32,000 bases of DNA from Candidatus Nanosynbacter lyticus (GTDB lineage Bacteria > Patescibacteriota > Saccharimonadia > Saccharimonadales > Saccharimonadaceae): NCBI RefSeq assembly GCF_030253515.1, contig NZ_CP124549.1:60001-92000 (forward strand). Reading direction: 5' to 3'. Of the stretch, positions 17,175-24,205 are shown one piece after another; positions within the stretch are counted from its first letter, which is position 1, and each line of letters opens with the position of its first letter. A program made the position numbers and the translations under genes. The notes under the pieces were generated by a model. The model saw only the letters and a list, made by a program, of their open reading frames with translations, was not told the DNA's origin and did not search any database.

Positions 17175-18032
17175 ATGGTCTTCAAAGATACGGAGCTTGA
17201 TACGCAGGGGTCTGATAAACAACAGTCTTTAGACGAACGGCAAAAGCAATGGATGGAGCTGGGGCTCGAGGAGAAAATGGCTAGAAAAGAAACAGAGATT
17301 AGCCGAGGAGCTATTGACAATGAGCCTGCGTTAGTGATCGCCGAGATGGCAAAGTATGTTGGCGAAGAGTGTCCTCATCTCGTTCAGGTATTTGAGGAGA
17401 CTAAACGTATGCGACTATCTGACAAACATCTGAGCTCATTAGCGGCAAATATAGACATAAGGTTAAATGAAACAAGACCCGAAGAATTGTATGAGATTGC
17501 CGGGGAGATCAAGGATAACTATGATACGTGGGCCGAGGGAAGGGCTGCACCGCCAATTGGCTCAAGAGGTCCACGTGGTGACGGTTATAAAACTCAGTAT
17601 TTGTATGAAAGTATGATGGGGAACGGGCTTCCTAAGGAATTTTTTGACAAAATGGCCGTGGCATCCGTTCATTTTAATTATGTTTATCACCCAGACTCTC
17701 CGCAGAGTCAGATATATCAACAAATGCGACTTAACTCAGGGCGAGTGTCTGACATTGATGAGCTACAGGAGCAAACACTGAGAATTGCTGATGAAAGTCT
17801 TTATGATGCGGTAAAGCTGGTTATAGGGAAAAAAGAGCATGTGATTCGTGGAGTTTTTTGTGAGACGGACAATTATTACCCACAGCTCGTAACTCGGATG
17901 ATAACAACGCTCGAGGTAGATAAGGGCTTGCCACAAGGGGTTCTGTTGGAGCGAGTTAATATGGATGACTTGTTCCATAGAATAAAGGAGGATCTTGGCC
18001 CGCGAACAAGCACTAGACTTTCTCGGTACTAG
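17175..18032 (+). CDS. Hypothetical soluble protein (orphan)
   Basis: 285-aa ORF with its own consensus promoter and SD. No TM and no recognised motif. GC is lower than in neighbours (23/60 in line 17641-17700). Confidence 0.7.
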   Translation: MVFKDTELDTQGSDKQQSLDERQKQWMELGLEEKMARKETEISRGAIDNEPALVIAEMAKYVGEECPHLVQVFEETKRMRLSDKHLSSLAANIDIRLNETRPEELYEIAGEIKDNYDTWAEGRAAPPIGSRGPRGDGYKTQYLYESMMGNGLPKEFFDKMAVASVHFNYVYHPDSPQSQIYQQMRLNSGRVSDIDELQEQTLRIADESLYDAVKLVIGKKEHVIRGVFCETDNYYPQLVTRMITTLEVDKGLPQGVLLERVNMDDLFHRIKEDLGPRTSTRLSRY

Positions 18033-18048
18033 GGCTCACAAATTGTAA

Positions 18049-18076
18049 AATACTCCCGCCAACCGACGGGAGTATT
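18049..18076. terminator. Bidirectional terminator hairpin between the convergent 17175 gene and rpsT
   Basis: AATACTCCCG (18049-18058) pairs with CGGGAGTATT (18067-18076) across an 8-nt loop. The minus-strand reading is followed by TTTT. Confidence 0.75.
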
Positions 18077-18096
18077 GTTGATGCAAACGTGAATGG

Positions 18097-18465
18097 CTAG
18101 TTAGCCTCTTTGGCAGCTGGCTTTTTTGCAGCTGATTTTTTGGTAGCGGTTGATTTCGCGGTGGTTTTTGCCGCCGTCTTTACTGGGGCTTTGGCAGCTG
18201 GTTTTTTGGTCGCTTCAGGCTTAACACCGGCTTTTTTCGCGATAGCTGAGAGGGTACTCTTGCGCCGGGCAGCAGTATTTTTCTTCAGCAGGTTCTTCTT
18301 GACAGCGGTGTCGAGCTCACTGTGAGCAGCGGCTAGCGCCTCAGCACTCGGCTCAGCCATGAAAGCTTTGACGGCTGACTTGATGTCGCGCTTGATACCG
18401 ATATTGCGCTCGCGGCGCTTTAGGGTTTGTTTGGCCCGTTTGATGGCGGATTTGATGATTGGCAT
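18097..18465 (-). CDS. rpsT: 30S ribosomal protein bS20 with an Ala/Lys-rich C-terminal extension
   Basis: MPIIKSAIKRAKQTLKRRERN...KSAVK is the S20 signature. The protein is 122 aa, and its last ~40 aa are AKKPAAKAPVKTAAKTTAK-type repeats. Confidence 0.9.
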   Translation of the reverse strand: MPIIKSAIKRAKQTLKRRERNIGIKRDIKSAVKAFMAEPSAEALAAAHSELDTAVKKNLLKKNTAARRKSTLSAIAKKAGVKPEATKKPAAKAPVKTAAKTTAKSTATKKSAAKKPAAKEAN

Positions 18466-18510
18466 AGATTTCCTTTACCTCTATAAATTTGTTTCGCTAA
18501 TCAAGGATGG

Positions 18511-18518
18511 ATTATACA
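18511..18518 (-). promoter_or_regulatory. -10 box TGTATAAT for rpsT (leadered)
   Basis: The reverse complement of 18511-18518 is TGTATAAT. A ~40-nt leader with SD GAGGTAAAGGA precedes ATG 18465. Confidence 0.5.
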
Positions 18519-18565
18519 GAAAAACCCAATAAAAGTAAAGAGTGGCTCGCATTGACGATAATCTA

Positions 18566-18594
18566 TTGACTTTCCTGAAATGCTTATGTATAAT
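18566..18594 (+). promoter_or_regulatory. Sigma-70-type promoter for the 18636 gene
   Basis: TTGACT (18566-18571), a 17-nt spacer, then TATAAT (18589-18594). Confidence 0.6.
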
Positions 18595-18635
18595 GTGACT
18601 CAACGGTATAAACAAAAATAAACAGGGACACAACA

Positions 18636-20402
18636 ATGGCGAGCCAGTCACAAAAGCAGCAGATCATTCAGAGCATCAAAGATGTGACTAATATCTTGGT
18701 GACGGTGAGCGCTGACCCATCGGTGGACGAGCTGTCGGCAGCGTTGGGGCTGACAATTTTCCTAAATAAACTGGGCAAGCACGCCACGGCTGTTTTTAGT
18801 GGCAAAGTCCCGCCGGCGATTTCATTCCTCGAGCCTGACGAGACGTTTGAAGCTACAGCGGACAGCCTGCGTGATTTTATCATCGCGCTTGATAAGGAAA
18901 AAGCCGACCATCTGCGCTACAAGGTGGTTGATGATGCAGTGAAGATTTTTATCACGCCGTACCGGGCGACAATTACCGAGGCTGATCTAGAGTTTTCGCA
19001 GGGCGATTATAACATTGAATTGGTGCTCGCATTGAACGTTGAGAGTCAGGATCATCTCGACAAGGCGCTGACGGCTCATGGCAAGATTTTGCATGATGCA
19101 GTGGTATCGACGGTGACCGCCGGTATGGTGAGGAGTAATCTCGGGACGGTTGATTGGCATGACGATAAGGCGTCAGGCGTCAGCGAGATGCTGGTTGACC
19201 TGATTGATGAGTTACGAACACCGAAAGTGACCATGGATGAGCAGATCGCAACGGCGTTACTGACCGGTGTTGTGGCGGCGACGGAGCGGTTTAGTAATAA
19301 CTTGACGTCGTCGCGGGTGATGACGTTGGCGGCGGAGCTGATGGCGGTTGGCGCGAACCAGCAACTGATTGCTACTAAGTTGGCCGAGGGGCAGGCGATC
19401 GAAGCTGAGGAGCACTCAGAGTCAGAGCAATCAAAGCAGGCGGCCGATGTAGCTGATGATAAGACGGATAATGACGGCCAGGATGGCGCTAATTTTAAGG
19501 TTGAACGAGGGAAACGCTCGAAGCCAGCCGAGCCAAAGAGGGATGATAGCGCGCTATCAATCAGTCACGAGCGGCGGGGTAGCCTTGATGAGGTGGCCAA
19601 GCAGACTCGGGCCGAAGAGCAAGATGCGGCGGCCCGCGCGGCCACGGCGCAGCTTGAGCGCCTTCGAGCAGCGTCAGCGACGAGCGGACGGAGCAGTGCG
19701 ACATCGACATCGCAACCAATCAGTGCGTCGGTGTCGGCTGAGCCAGAGACAGCTGCTCCGCTGCTGGGCGGAACACTGAATGCGACAACCGAGCGAGCGG
19801 CTGAGGATAAGCGCCGCGATCTTGATACTGATCAAAACAAGACTATCTTGCATCATGGCACCTATGTCGGTGCGTCGCGGCCGGCTCTCGGCGAATCGCC
19901 GTTGAATGCTGCCATGGGGAAGTCTGATGAACCACCGAGCGTTGACCCGTTTGCGACCACCAACAAAGACGAAGCGGTCATTGCCGCGCTGAAGGAGGAA
20001 ACGCAGGCGCTGGCTGACAAGCAGACTCAATCTACCGCGCCGCCATCACTGCCAGATTCTGAGCGCGACGCCCGAGCGGCAATTACCGAGGCGCTGGCTG
20101 CTGCACCGCCGCTTGAATCTGCGGCTTCGCCCGCTCCGGTAGTTTCACCTTCGCCACTACCGACAGTGTCGTCTGCTCCGGCTACGCTCGCCGATATTGA
20201 GTCTAATGTGATGCATGGCCTGCCACCGCTGCCTGATTTCTCTGACTTCTCAGGATCAGGTTTGCCACCACTGCCGCCAGCTCCGGTCGGTACTGCAGAT
20301 GGTGGACTACCAGCGTTGAACACATCGCCTTCAGTGCCGTCCACCTCTACACAGTCGCGCACCTTTAATCCGTCCCAGTTCCAGATCCCGGGGCAAAAAT
20401 AG
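18636..20402 (+). CDS. NrnA-like DHH-domain protein with degenerate catalytic motifs, fused to a long Ala/Pro/Ser/Glu-rich low-complexity tail
   Basis: The N-terminal ~250 aa align by eye to the DHH phosphoesterase fold. ILVTVSADPSVDELSAALGL corresponds to H..PDGDA.GS, KIFITPY to the IDHH position, and IATALLTGVVAATERF to IATALYTGIVTDTGGF. The catalytic Asp/His residues are replaced. No DHHA1 GGGH motif is present. The C-terminal ~330 aa are low complexity with two GLPPLP motifs. Confidence 0.8.
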   Translation: MASQSQKQQIIQSIKDVTNILVTVSADPSVDELSAALGLTIFLNKLGKHATAVFSGKVPPAISFLEPDETFEATADSLRDFIIALDKEKADHLRYKVVDDAVKIFITPYRATITEADLEFSQGDYNIELVLALNVESQDHLDKALTAHGKILHDAVVSTVTAGMVRSNLGTVDWHDDKASGVSEMLVDLIDELRTPKVTMDEQIATALLTGVVAATERFSNNLTSSRVMTLAAELMAVGANQQLIATKLAEGQAIEAEEHSESEQSKQAADVADDKTDNDGQDGANFKVERGKRSKPAEPKRDDSALSISHERRGSLDEVAKQTRAEEQDAAARAATAQLERLRAASATSGRSSATSTSQPISASVSAEPETAAPLLGGTLNATTERAAEDKRRDLDTDQNKTILHHGTYVGASRPALGESPLNAAMGKSDEPPSVDPFATTNKDEAVIAALKEETQALADKQTQSTAPPSLPDSERDARAAITEALAAAPPLESAASPAPVVSPSPLPTVSSAPATLADIESNVMHGLPPLPDFSDFSGSGLPPLPPAPVGTADGGLPALNTSPSVPSTSTQSRTFNPSQFQIPGQK

Positions 20403-20405
20403 CCC

Positions 20406-21062
20406 ATGGATGAGGTGCTGCTCATTGATAAACCAGCTGGTATGACGAGTTTCGGGGTAGTAGCGCGGTTGCGGCGAGTGCTCAGCCAGGCGGCGGGCAA
20501 GAAAGTGAAAGTTGGCCATACTGGTACGCTCGATCCGTTTGCTACGGGACTGATGATTATTGTGACGGGCAAGAAGTGTCGCGAGGCCGATACCTTTACC
20601 AAGCTCGATAAGTGGTATGAAGCAGAAATCATGCTTGGCGAGATATCGACGACTGGTGATCCTGAGGGTGAACTGACTCGCGTGTCGGAGCGGCAGCCGC
20701 CTCGCAGTGAGGTTGAAGCGGTACTCGGTACGTTTGTGGGTGAAATCAAACAACGACCGCCAGTGTTTAGTGCTATCAAGATCAATGGCCGTCGGGCCTA
20801 TCAGCTGGCACGTCAGGGTCAGCCGGTCGATATGCCAGAGCGCACCGTGTCGATCTATGCCTTGGAGCTTGTCACCTATGCGTATCCTCGCCTGGTGATT
20901 CGAGCGCATGTTTCGAGCGGTACGTACATTCGGAGCCTAGCGGTTGATATTGGTCAGAAGCTGGGAACAGGGGCCTACTGCTGCCAGCTACGCCGCCAGG
21001 CTATCGCCGAGTATGACGTTGCCCAGGCAAAACCATTAGCGGATTTTGGGATTTTGTCTTGA
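20406..21062 (+). CDS. truB: tRNA pseudouridine(55) synthase, short form without a PUA domain
   Basis: LLIDKPAGMTSFGVV and VGHTGTLDPFATGLMII (catalytic Asp), then YIRSLAVDIG. The 218-aa product ends before the usual PUA domain would begin. Confidence 0.9.
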   Translation: MDEVLLIDKPAGMTSFGVVARLRRVLSQAAGKKVKVGHTGTLDPFATGLMIIVTGKKCREADTFTKLDKWYEAEIMLGEISTTGDPEGELTRVSERQPPRSEVEAVLGTFVGEIKQRPPVFSAIKINGRRAYQLARQGQPVDMPERTVSIYALELVTYAYPRLVIRAHVSSGTYIRSLAVDIGQKLGTGAYCCQLRRQAIAEYDVAQAKPLADFGILS

Positions 21063-21064
21063 AG

Positions 21065-21073
21065 TGCTATTAT
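21065..21073 (+). promoter_or_regulatory. Extended -10 TGcTATTAT, leaderless-type, for the pilin gene
   Basis: It starts 3 nt after the truB stop. A 6-nt spacer (CAAAGC) separates it from ATG 21080. Confidence 0.5.
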
Positions 21074-21079
21074 CAAAGC

Positions 21080-21574
21080 ATGGGTAGGCAGACAGGTTTT
21101 ACAATCGTTGAATTATTAATTGTGATGGTCGTGATCGCGATTTTGGCGGCCATCGGTATTGTGGCGTATTCAGGCGTGCGCCAGGATGCTACTGATACTA
21201 AGATCCGTTCCATCGTCAAGATTGCTGGGGATGCGCTGCAGATATATGACACACAGAAACGAACGCTGCCGTCAGGACAGGGGACGTTCAATAACGCTAA
21301 TGGCGTTGACTCGCTTGTACCGCAGTATATCCAGCCAGGATATCGTGAGGGTGTCAGCAGCAAGAACGCGTCTGGTCCGGATGATATTTTTGTCTGGTAT
21401 CCGTGCAAAGATACCTCTGGTAAGATAACAGGTATTGCGGTATTTGCGGCCCTTAATTCCGCCAAGCCGCAGGAGGCAGCTCAGGTTAATGCGGTCAAGG
21501 CGACCTGCAACATTCCGGGCGCAGCCGTGCCGACTACGGGTAAACCAGCCTATAATTACGTGCAGACATTTTAG
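21080..21574 (+). CDS. Type IV pilin / pseudopilin (prepilin-type N-terminal cleavage/methylation domain)
   Basis: MGRQTG|FTIVELLIVMVVIAILAAIGIVAY is a class III signal with Gly-1, Phe+1 and Glu+5. A two-Cys C-terminal region is present (YPCKD...KATCN). The ORF-track start 21059 overlaps truB and the -10 box. Confidence 0.88.
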   Translation: MGRQTGFTIVELLIVMVVIAILAAIGIVAYSGVRQDATDTKIRSIVKIAGDALQIYDTQKRTLPSGQGTFNNANGVDSLVPQYIQPGYREGVSSKNASGPDDIFVWYPCKDTSGKITGIAVFAALNSAKPQEAAQVNAVKATCNIPGAAVPTTGKPAYNYVQTF

Positions 21575-21608
21575 TAAATGCGGTTGATTTGCGTTTTTAG
21601 CGTAGCAT

Positions 21609-21617
21609 TGGTATAAT
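21609..21617 (+). promoter_or_regulatory. Extended -10 TGgTATAAT for rpsO (very short leader)
   Basis: A 9-nt spacer separates it from ATG 21627. Confidence 0.5.
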
Positions 21618-21626
21618 GACGAGGCT

Positions 21627-21893
21627 ATGATTAGCAAAGACGATAAAGCGAAAGCAATTGCTTTGACTCAGGTCAGCAAGGACGACGTTGGCAGCCCGCA
21701 GGCGCAGGTGTCGATCTTGACGGCTCGTATCAAAGAGGTCACCAAGCACCTGAAGGCGAATAAGCACGACTTCATGGCACGCCGTGGCTTAATCCAGATG
21801 GTTGGCAAGCGTAAGCGCCTGCTCAAATACCTGGAGCGAACTGATTTTGAGAGTTATAAAGCGGTTGTGGCTGCCCTGGGTCTGCGTAAATAG
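21627..21893 (+). CDS. rpsO: 30S ribosomal protein uS15
   Basis: GSPQAQVSILTARIKEVTKHLKANKHDFMARRGLIQMVGKRKRLLKYL is the S15 signature. 88 aa. Confidence 0.93.
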   Translation: MISKDDKAKAIALTQVSKDDVGSPQAQVSILTARIKEVTKHLKANKHDFMARRGLIQMVGKRKRLLKYLERTDFESYKAVVAALGLRK

Positions 21894-21915
21894 TCGCGCC
21901 TCGGTAGTTGTACGG

Positions 21916-21950
21916 ATATCCACCTTGATATATCACGAGGTGGATATTTT
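21916..21950 (+). terminator. Rho-independent terminator after rpsO
   Basis: ATATCCACCT (21916-21925) pairs with AGGTGGATAT (21938-21947) across a 12-nt loop, followed by TTTT. It abuts the sortase stop on the other strand. Confidence 0.8.
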
Positions 21951-21953
21951 GAT

Positions 21954-22547
21954 TTAACGTGGCGTAGCTACAAAAACCGTCCGGCCGTCGGCTGCGCCGC
22001 CAAGCGTGCATGAATAGAGGGTGAGCTGTGGCTTGTTGGTTCGGTTTTCGATGTGAACGGCATCCGGCTTGACATCAAATAGCCGGGATATGACGTAGGT
22101 ATAGCGCCTGCCACGGTAGTCAATGATTATTTCATCGCCAATGCGTAGTTTATCAATATTGTAGAATGGTGATTTTTGGATGGTTTGCTGCGGCGTCAGG
22201 CCCATGATAAATCGATGGGCCGACAAGACGAAGTTGCCGCCGTCGACTGGATTGCCATTCTCTGGCCGACGCCACCATGCACCTCGCTCCATAGTTTCGG
22301 CGCCGCCAGTAGCGTACGGTACGCTAATGTCAATTTTGGGGATGTAGAGGCGGTCCTCGGTGATGCTGGTTTCTGGCGTAGCGGCGAGAAGCTGGGTGGT
22401 TTCGTTACGCGTTGGATCAATGAGCTGAGCGCGAAAGAATGGACTAAACGCCGTGATGAGTGTGTAGCCGCCGCCAGCGAGCATGATGATAGCCAGACTC
22501 ATACTGAGCCATCGGCGGCGGTTTTTGGCGTGGGTTGTCTGCTTCAC
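21954..22547 (-). CDS. Sortase-family transpeptidase
   Basis: N-terminal TM anchor (WLSMSLAIIMLAGGGYTLI). Catalytic His (FVLSAHR), Cys in TLYSCT (TLxTC-type) and a downstream Arg (DGRTVFVA). GTG start at 22547. Confidence 0.85.
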   Translation of the reverse strand: MKQTTHAKNRRRWLSMSLAIIMLAGGGYTLITAFSPFFRAQLIDPTRNETTQLLAATPETSITEDRLYIPKIDISVPYATGGAETMERGAWWRRPENGNPVDGGNFVLSAHRFIMGLTPQQTIQKSPFYNIDKLRIGDEIIIDYRGRRYTYVISRLFDVKPDAVHIENRTNKPQLTLYSCTLGGAADGRTVFVATPR

Positions 22548-22553
22548 TTGTTA

Positions 22554-22562
22554 ATTGTAGCA
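22554..22562 (-). promoter_or_regulatory. Extended -10 TGcTACAAT, leaderless-type, for the sortase gene
   Basis: The reverse complement reads TGCTACAAT-taacaa-GTG, a 6-nt spacer. Confidence 0.5.
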
Positions 22563-22631
22563 TGGGCGGGTCAGCCTAGCAGCATGGGTCGTTGTTTTAC
22601 CGGGGTGAGCCGATCTGTTTTTTGGTGTTGT

Positions 22632-22660
22632 TTGACTTTTTATAGTTTTTATGCTAAATT
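22632..22660 (+). promoter_or_regulatory. Full consensus promoter, leaderless-type, for the 22668 operon
   Basis: TTGACT (22632-22637), a 17-nt spacer ending in TGc, then TAAATT (22655-22660). A 7-nt spacer leads to ATG 22668. Confidence 0.65.
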
Positions 22661-22667
22661 ACAAAGT

Positions 22668-23288
22668 ATGAATGAATACGCGCCGCGGGCTGATAAATTA
22701 CCGCCAGATGTGGCTAAACAAGCGGCAAGAGTCAGTGAAGTTGTGGCTGCTGTTAAGAAGCAGATTGGTCCGGATGGGGGACGATTAAGTGATGGCCCGC
22801 TGCATCTTGAGAGGTTGGAAGAGCTGAGTGCTGATGATCATAATTCAAGATTTACAGATGCGGATGATTTTTGGAAAAACGGTATGGATCCGTCGCGAGC
22901 AAATCCGTCACAAGACGAATCTGATACATCTGAAAAACTGCCGAGTAAATTTGTTAATAATTTTTGGCAGTACTTCTTTCCGGATGAAATGTTTGAGAAG
23001 GATGAGCTGTTGGGCTCGGTTGTGCTAAGCAAACCACCGCGACAACGGTTGAAGCTGGCGGGAGGAGAACTCCTCACATCGGTTCAGCAGCTGTTTGGGA
23101 TGTTATTTGAGGATACCAATATTGATAGCCACAAACTTGTTACCCTGGAGTCAGCAGCTGATGAAGAGCACCTTGCCGATCTTAAGGAGGCAATGTTTAT
23201 GCTCTATGTGCTGGCACTACATACGGTTACTCAACAAAATGTTATTGAAGTTGAGTGCTCAAGTGCGCATGAGTATTTGTGCAAATAG
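22668..23288 (+). CDS. Hypothetical acidic soluble protein (first gene of a two-gene orphan operon)
   Basis: The ORF-track frame 22176-23288 is trimmed to ATG 22668 (MNEYAPRADKL), because the upstream part is antisense to the sortase gene and contains the promoter. 206 aa, no TM, acidic. Confidence 0.7.
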   Translation: MNEYAPRADKLPPDVAKQAARVSEVVAAVKKQIGPDGGRLSDGPLHLERLEELSADDHNSRFTDADDFWKNGMDPSRANPSQDESDTSEKLPSKFVNNFWQYFFPDEMFEKDELLGSVVLSKPPRQRLKLAGGELLTSVQQLFGMLFEDTNIDSHKLVTLESAADEEHLADLKEAMFMLYVLALHTVTQQNVIEVECSSAHEYLCK

Positions 23289-23297
23289 GAGTTTGTC

Positions 23298-24077
23298 ATG
23301 GTAAGAAATATGAATGCAGAGCCACCAAGGGTAAGTCGGCGCGGTCTATTATGTGGTGCGGTTGGGGTAGCGGCGGCCACAGCTGGTGGGCTGCTTATGA
23401 ATCGTGGCGATGAAAGTCAACGGAGAGTATCGGTAGAGACGAATGCTCCGAAGCTTGACCTTGATGGGGCGTATGAGATATATAATGCGGCGTACGATAT
23501 GTTCCTACGATGTATTAGAGAAGTGCCTACGACTCCCGTATTTACTGGTCGTGAGCCATTAGCGCTACCACCGCCAGCCTCAGTATCGCGCACTGGCGGG
23601 AAGGGGTATGGATTTATGACCGGAGAAGCAGTGGTGAAAAATGGTAAGAGTAGTTTTCACATGGAGTCTGTGATGGTGTCGGCTCCTGACGATGATTCAC
23701 AAGTTGAAGTGGGGATTCGTCTTTTGCTCCAAACTGGCCAGCCAAGCCTTACGGTAGCTGAAATGAATGCGACGTGGACTGTAGCGCGGGTGGCGATGCG
23801 AACGGATAAGGATTTTTTGAAACATATCGAGCGGTATGCTCCAGACGTGATTGCTTTGTCTTTCGTGCCAGAGTTGGAGCGGCCGCCACACGTTTCACAT
23901 GGTAGCGAGCAGAACTATGAGAGGTATACGCTGGCACCGGGTGTGGAGGGCTTTACGATTAGTCATCGAGGTGGGCATGGGTTACAGTGGCTTTCACCGA
24001 CAGATGAAACGCTCTCTGGTGTTAGTGAAGTTTTTGGTAGTATTCAGAACGAGCTTCGTGAGGCTGACTTTCTATAA
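23298..24077 (+). CDS. Hypothetical exported or membrane-anchored protein with a twin-arginine-like signal
   Basis: SD AGGAG overlaps the upstream stop, and ATG 23298 lies 6 nt after it. The N-terminus PPRVSRRGLLCGAVGVAAATAGGLLM is an S-R-R-x-L-L motif plus a hydrophobic region. The remainder has no recognised motif. Confidence 0.75.
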   Translation: MVRNMNAEPPRVSRRGLLCGAVGVAAATAGGLLMNRGDESQRRVSVETNAPKLDLDGAYEIYNAAYDMFLRCIREVPTTPVFTGREPLALPPPASVSRTGGKGYGFMTGEAVVKNGKSSFHMESVMVSAPDDDSQVEVGIRLLLQTGQPSLTVAEMNATWTVARVAMRTDKDFLKHIERYAPDVIALSFVPELERPPHVSHGSEQNYERYTLAPGVEGFTISHRGGHGLQWLSPTDETLSGVSEVFGSIQNELREADFL

Positions 24078-24091
24078 CGTGTGTGGCGCTG

Positions 24092-24100
24092 TGATATAAT
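24092..24100 (+). promoter_or_regulatory. Extended -10 TGaTATAAT for pnp, giving a ~100-nt leader
   Basis: TGATATAAT at 24092-24100. ATG 24206 is preceded by SD GAGAGGA. Confidence 0.5.
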
Positions 24101-24205
24101 GGATGGTACGAAGCATAACCCGCAGACGGTGATGGATGTGTGGTGTGTTGATAGTAAACCAGCACGCGTACACCTGTTACTGTCTTTGCGAGAAAGAGAG
24201 GATCT

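Noticed and set aside
17565-17585. RGD tripeptide (GPRGDGY) in the 17175 orphan protein as an adhesion motif
   Set aside because: A tripeptide is expected by chance, and the protein has no signal peptide or TM segment.
20027-20909. Minus-strand ORFs of 252 aa and 192 aa
   Set aside because: They are antisense to the GC-rich low-complexity tail of the DHH-like gene and to truB. Their composition (Ser/Pro/Gly/Arg-rich) is typical of shadow ORFs, and they have no promoter or ribosome-binding site.
21520-21574. VPTTG near the pilin C-terminus as a sortase sorting signal
   Set aside because: It is followed by only 11 polar residues (KPAYNYVQTF-end) and lacks the hydrophobic segment and basic tail required of a sorting signal.
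22176-22667. 5' extension of the 370-aa ORF 22176-23288
   Set aside because: The upstream 164 codons are antisense to the sortase gene and run through a full TTGACT-17-TAAATT promoter. The real start is ATG 22668.
23140-23220. DEEHLADLKEAMFML in the 22668 protein as a TorD/NarJ chaperone signature
   Set aside because: Only the His-Leu and a few acidic residues match my recollection of the E(Q)PxDH hinge motif. That is too weak to annotate, so I kept it only as a speculative note in the operon finding.
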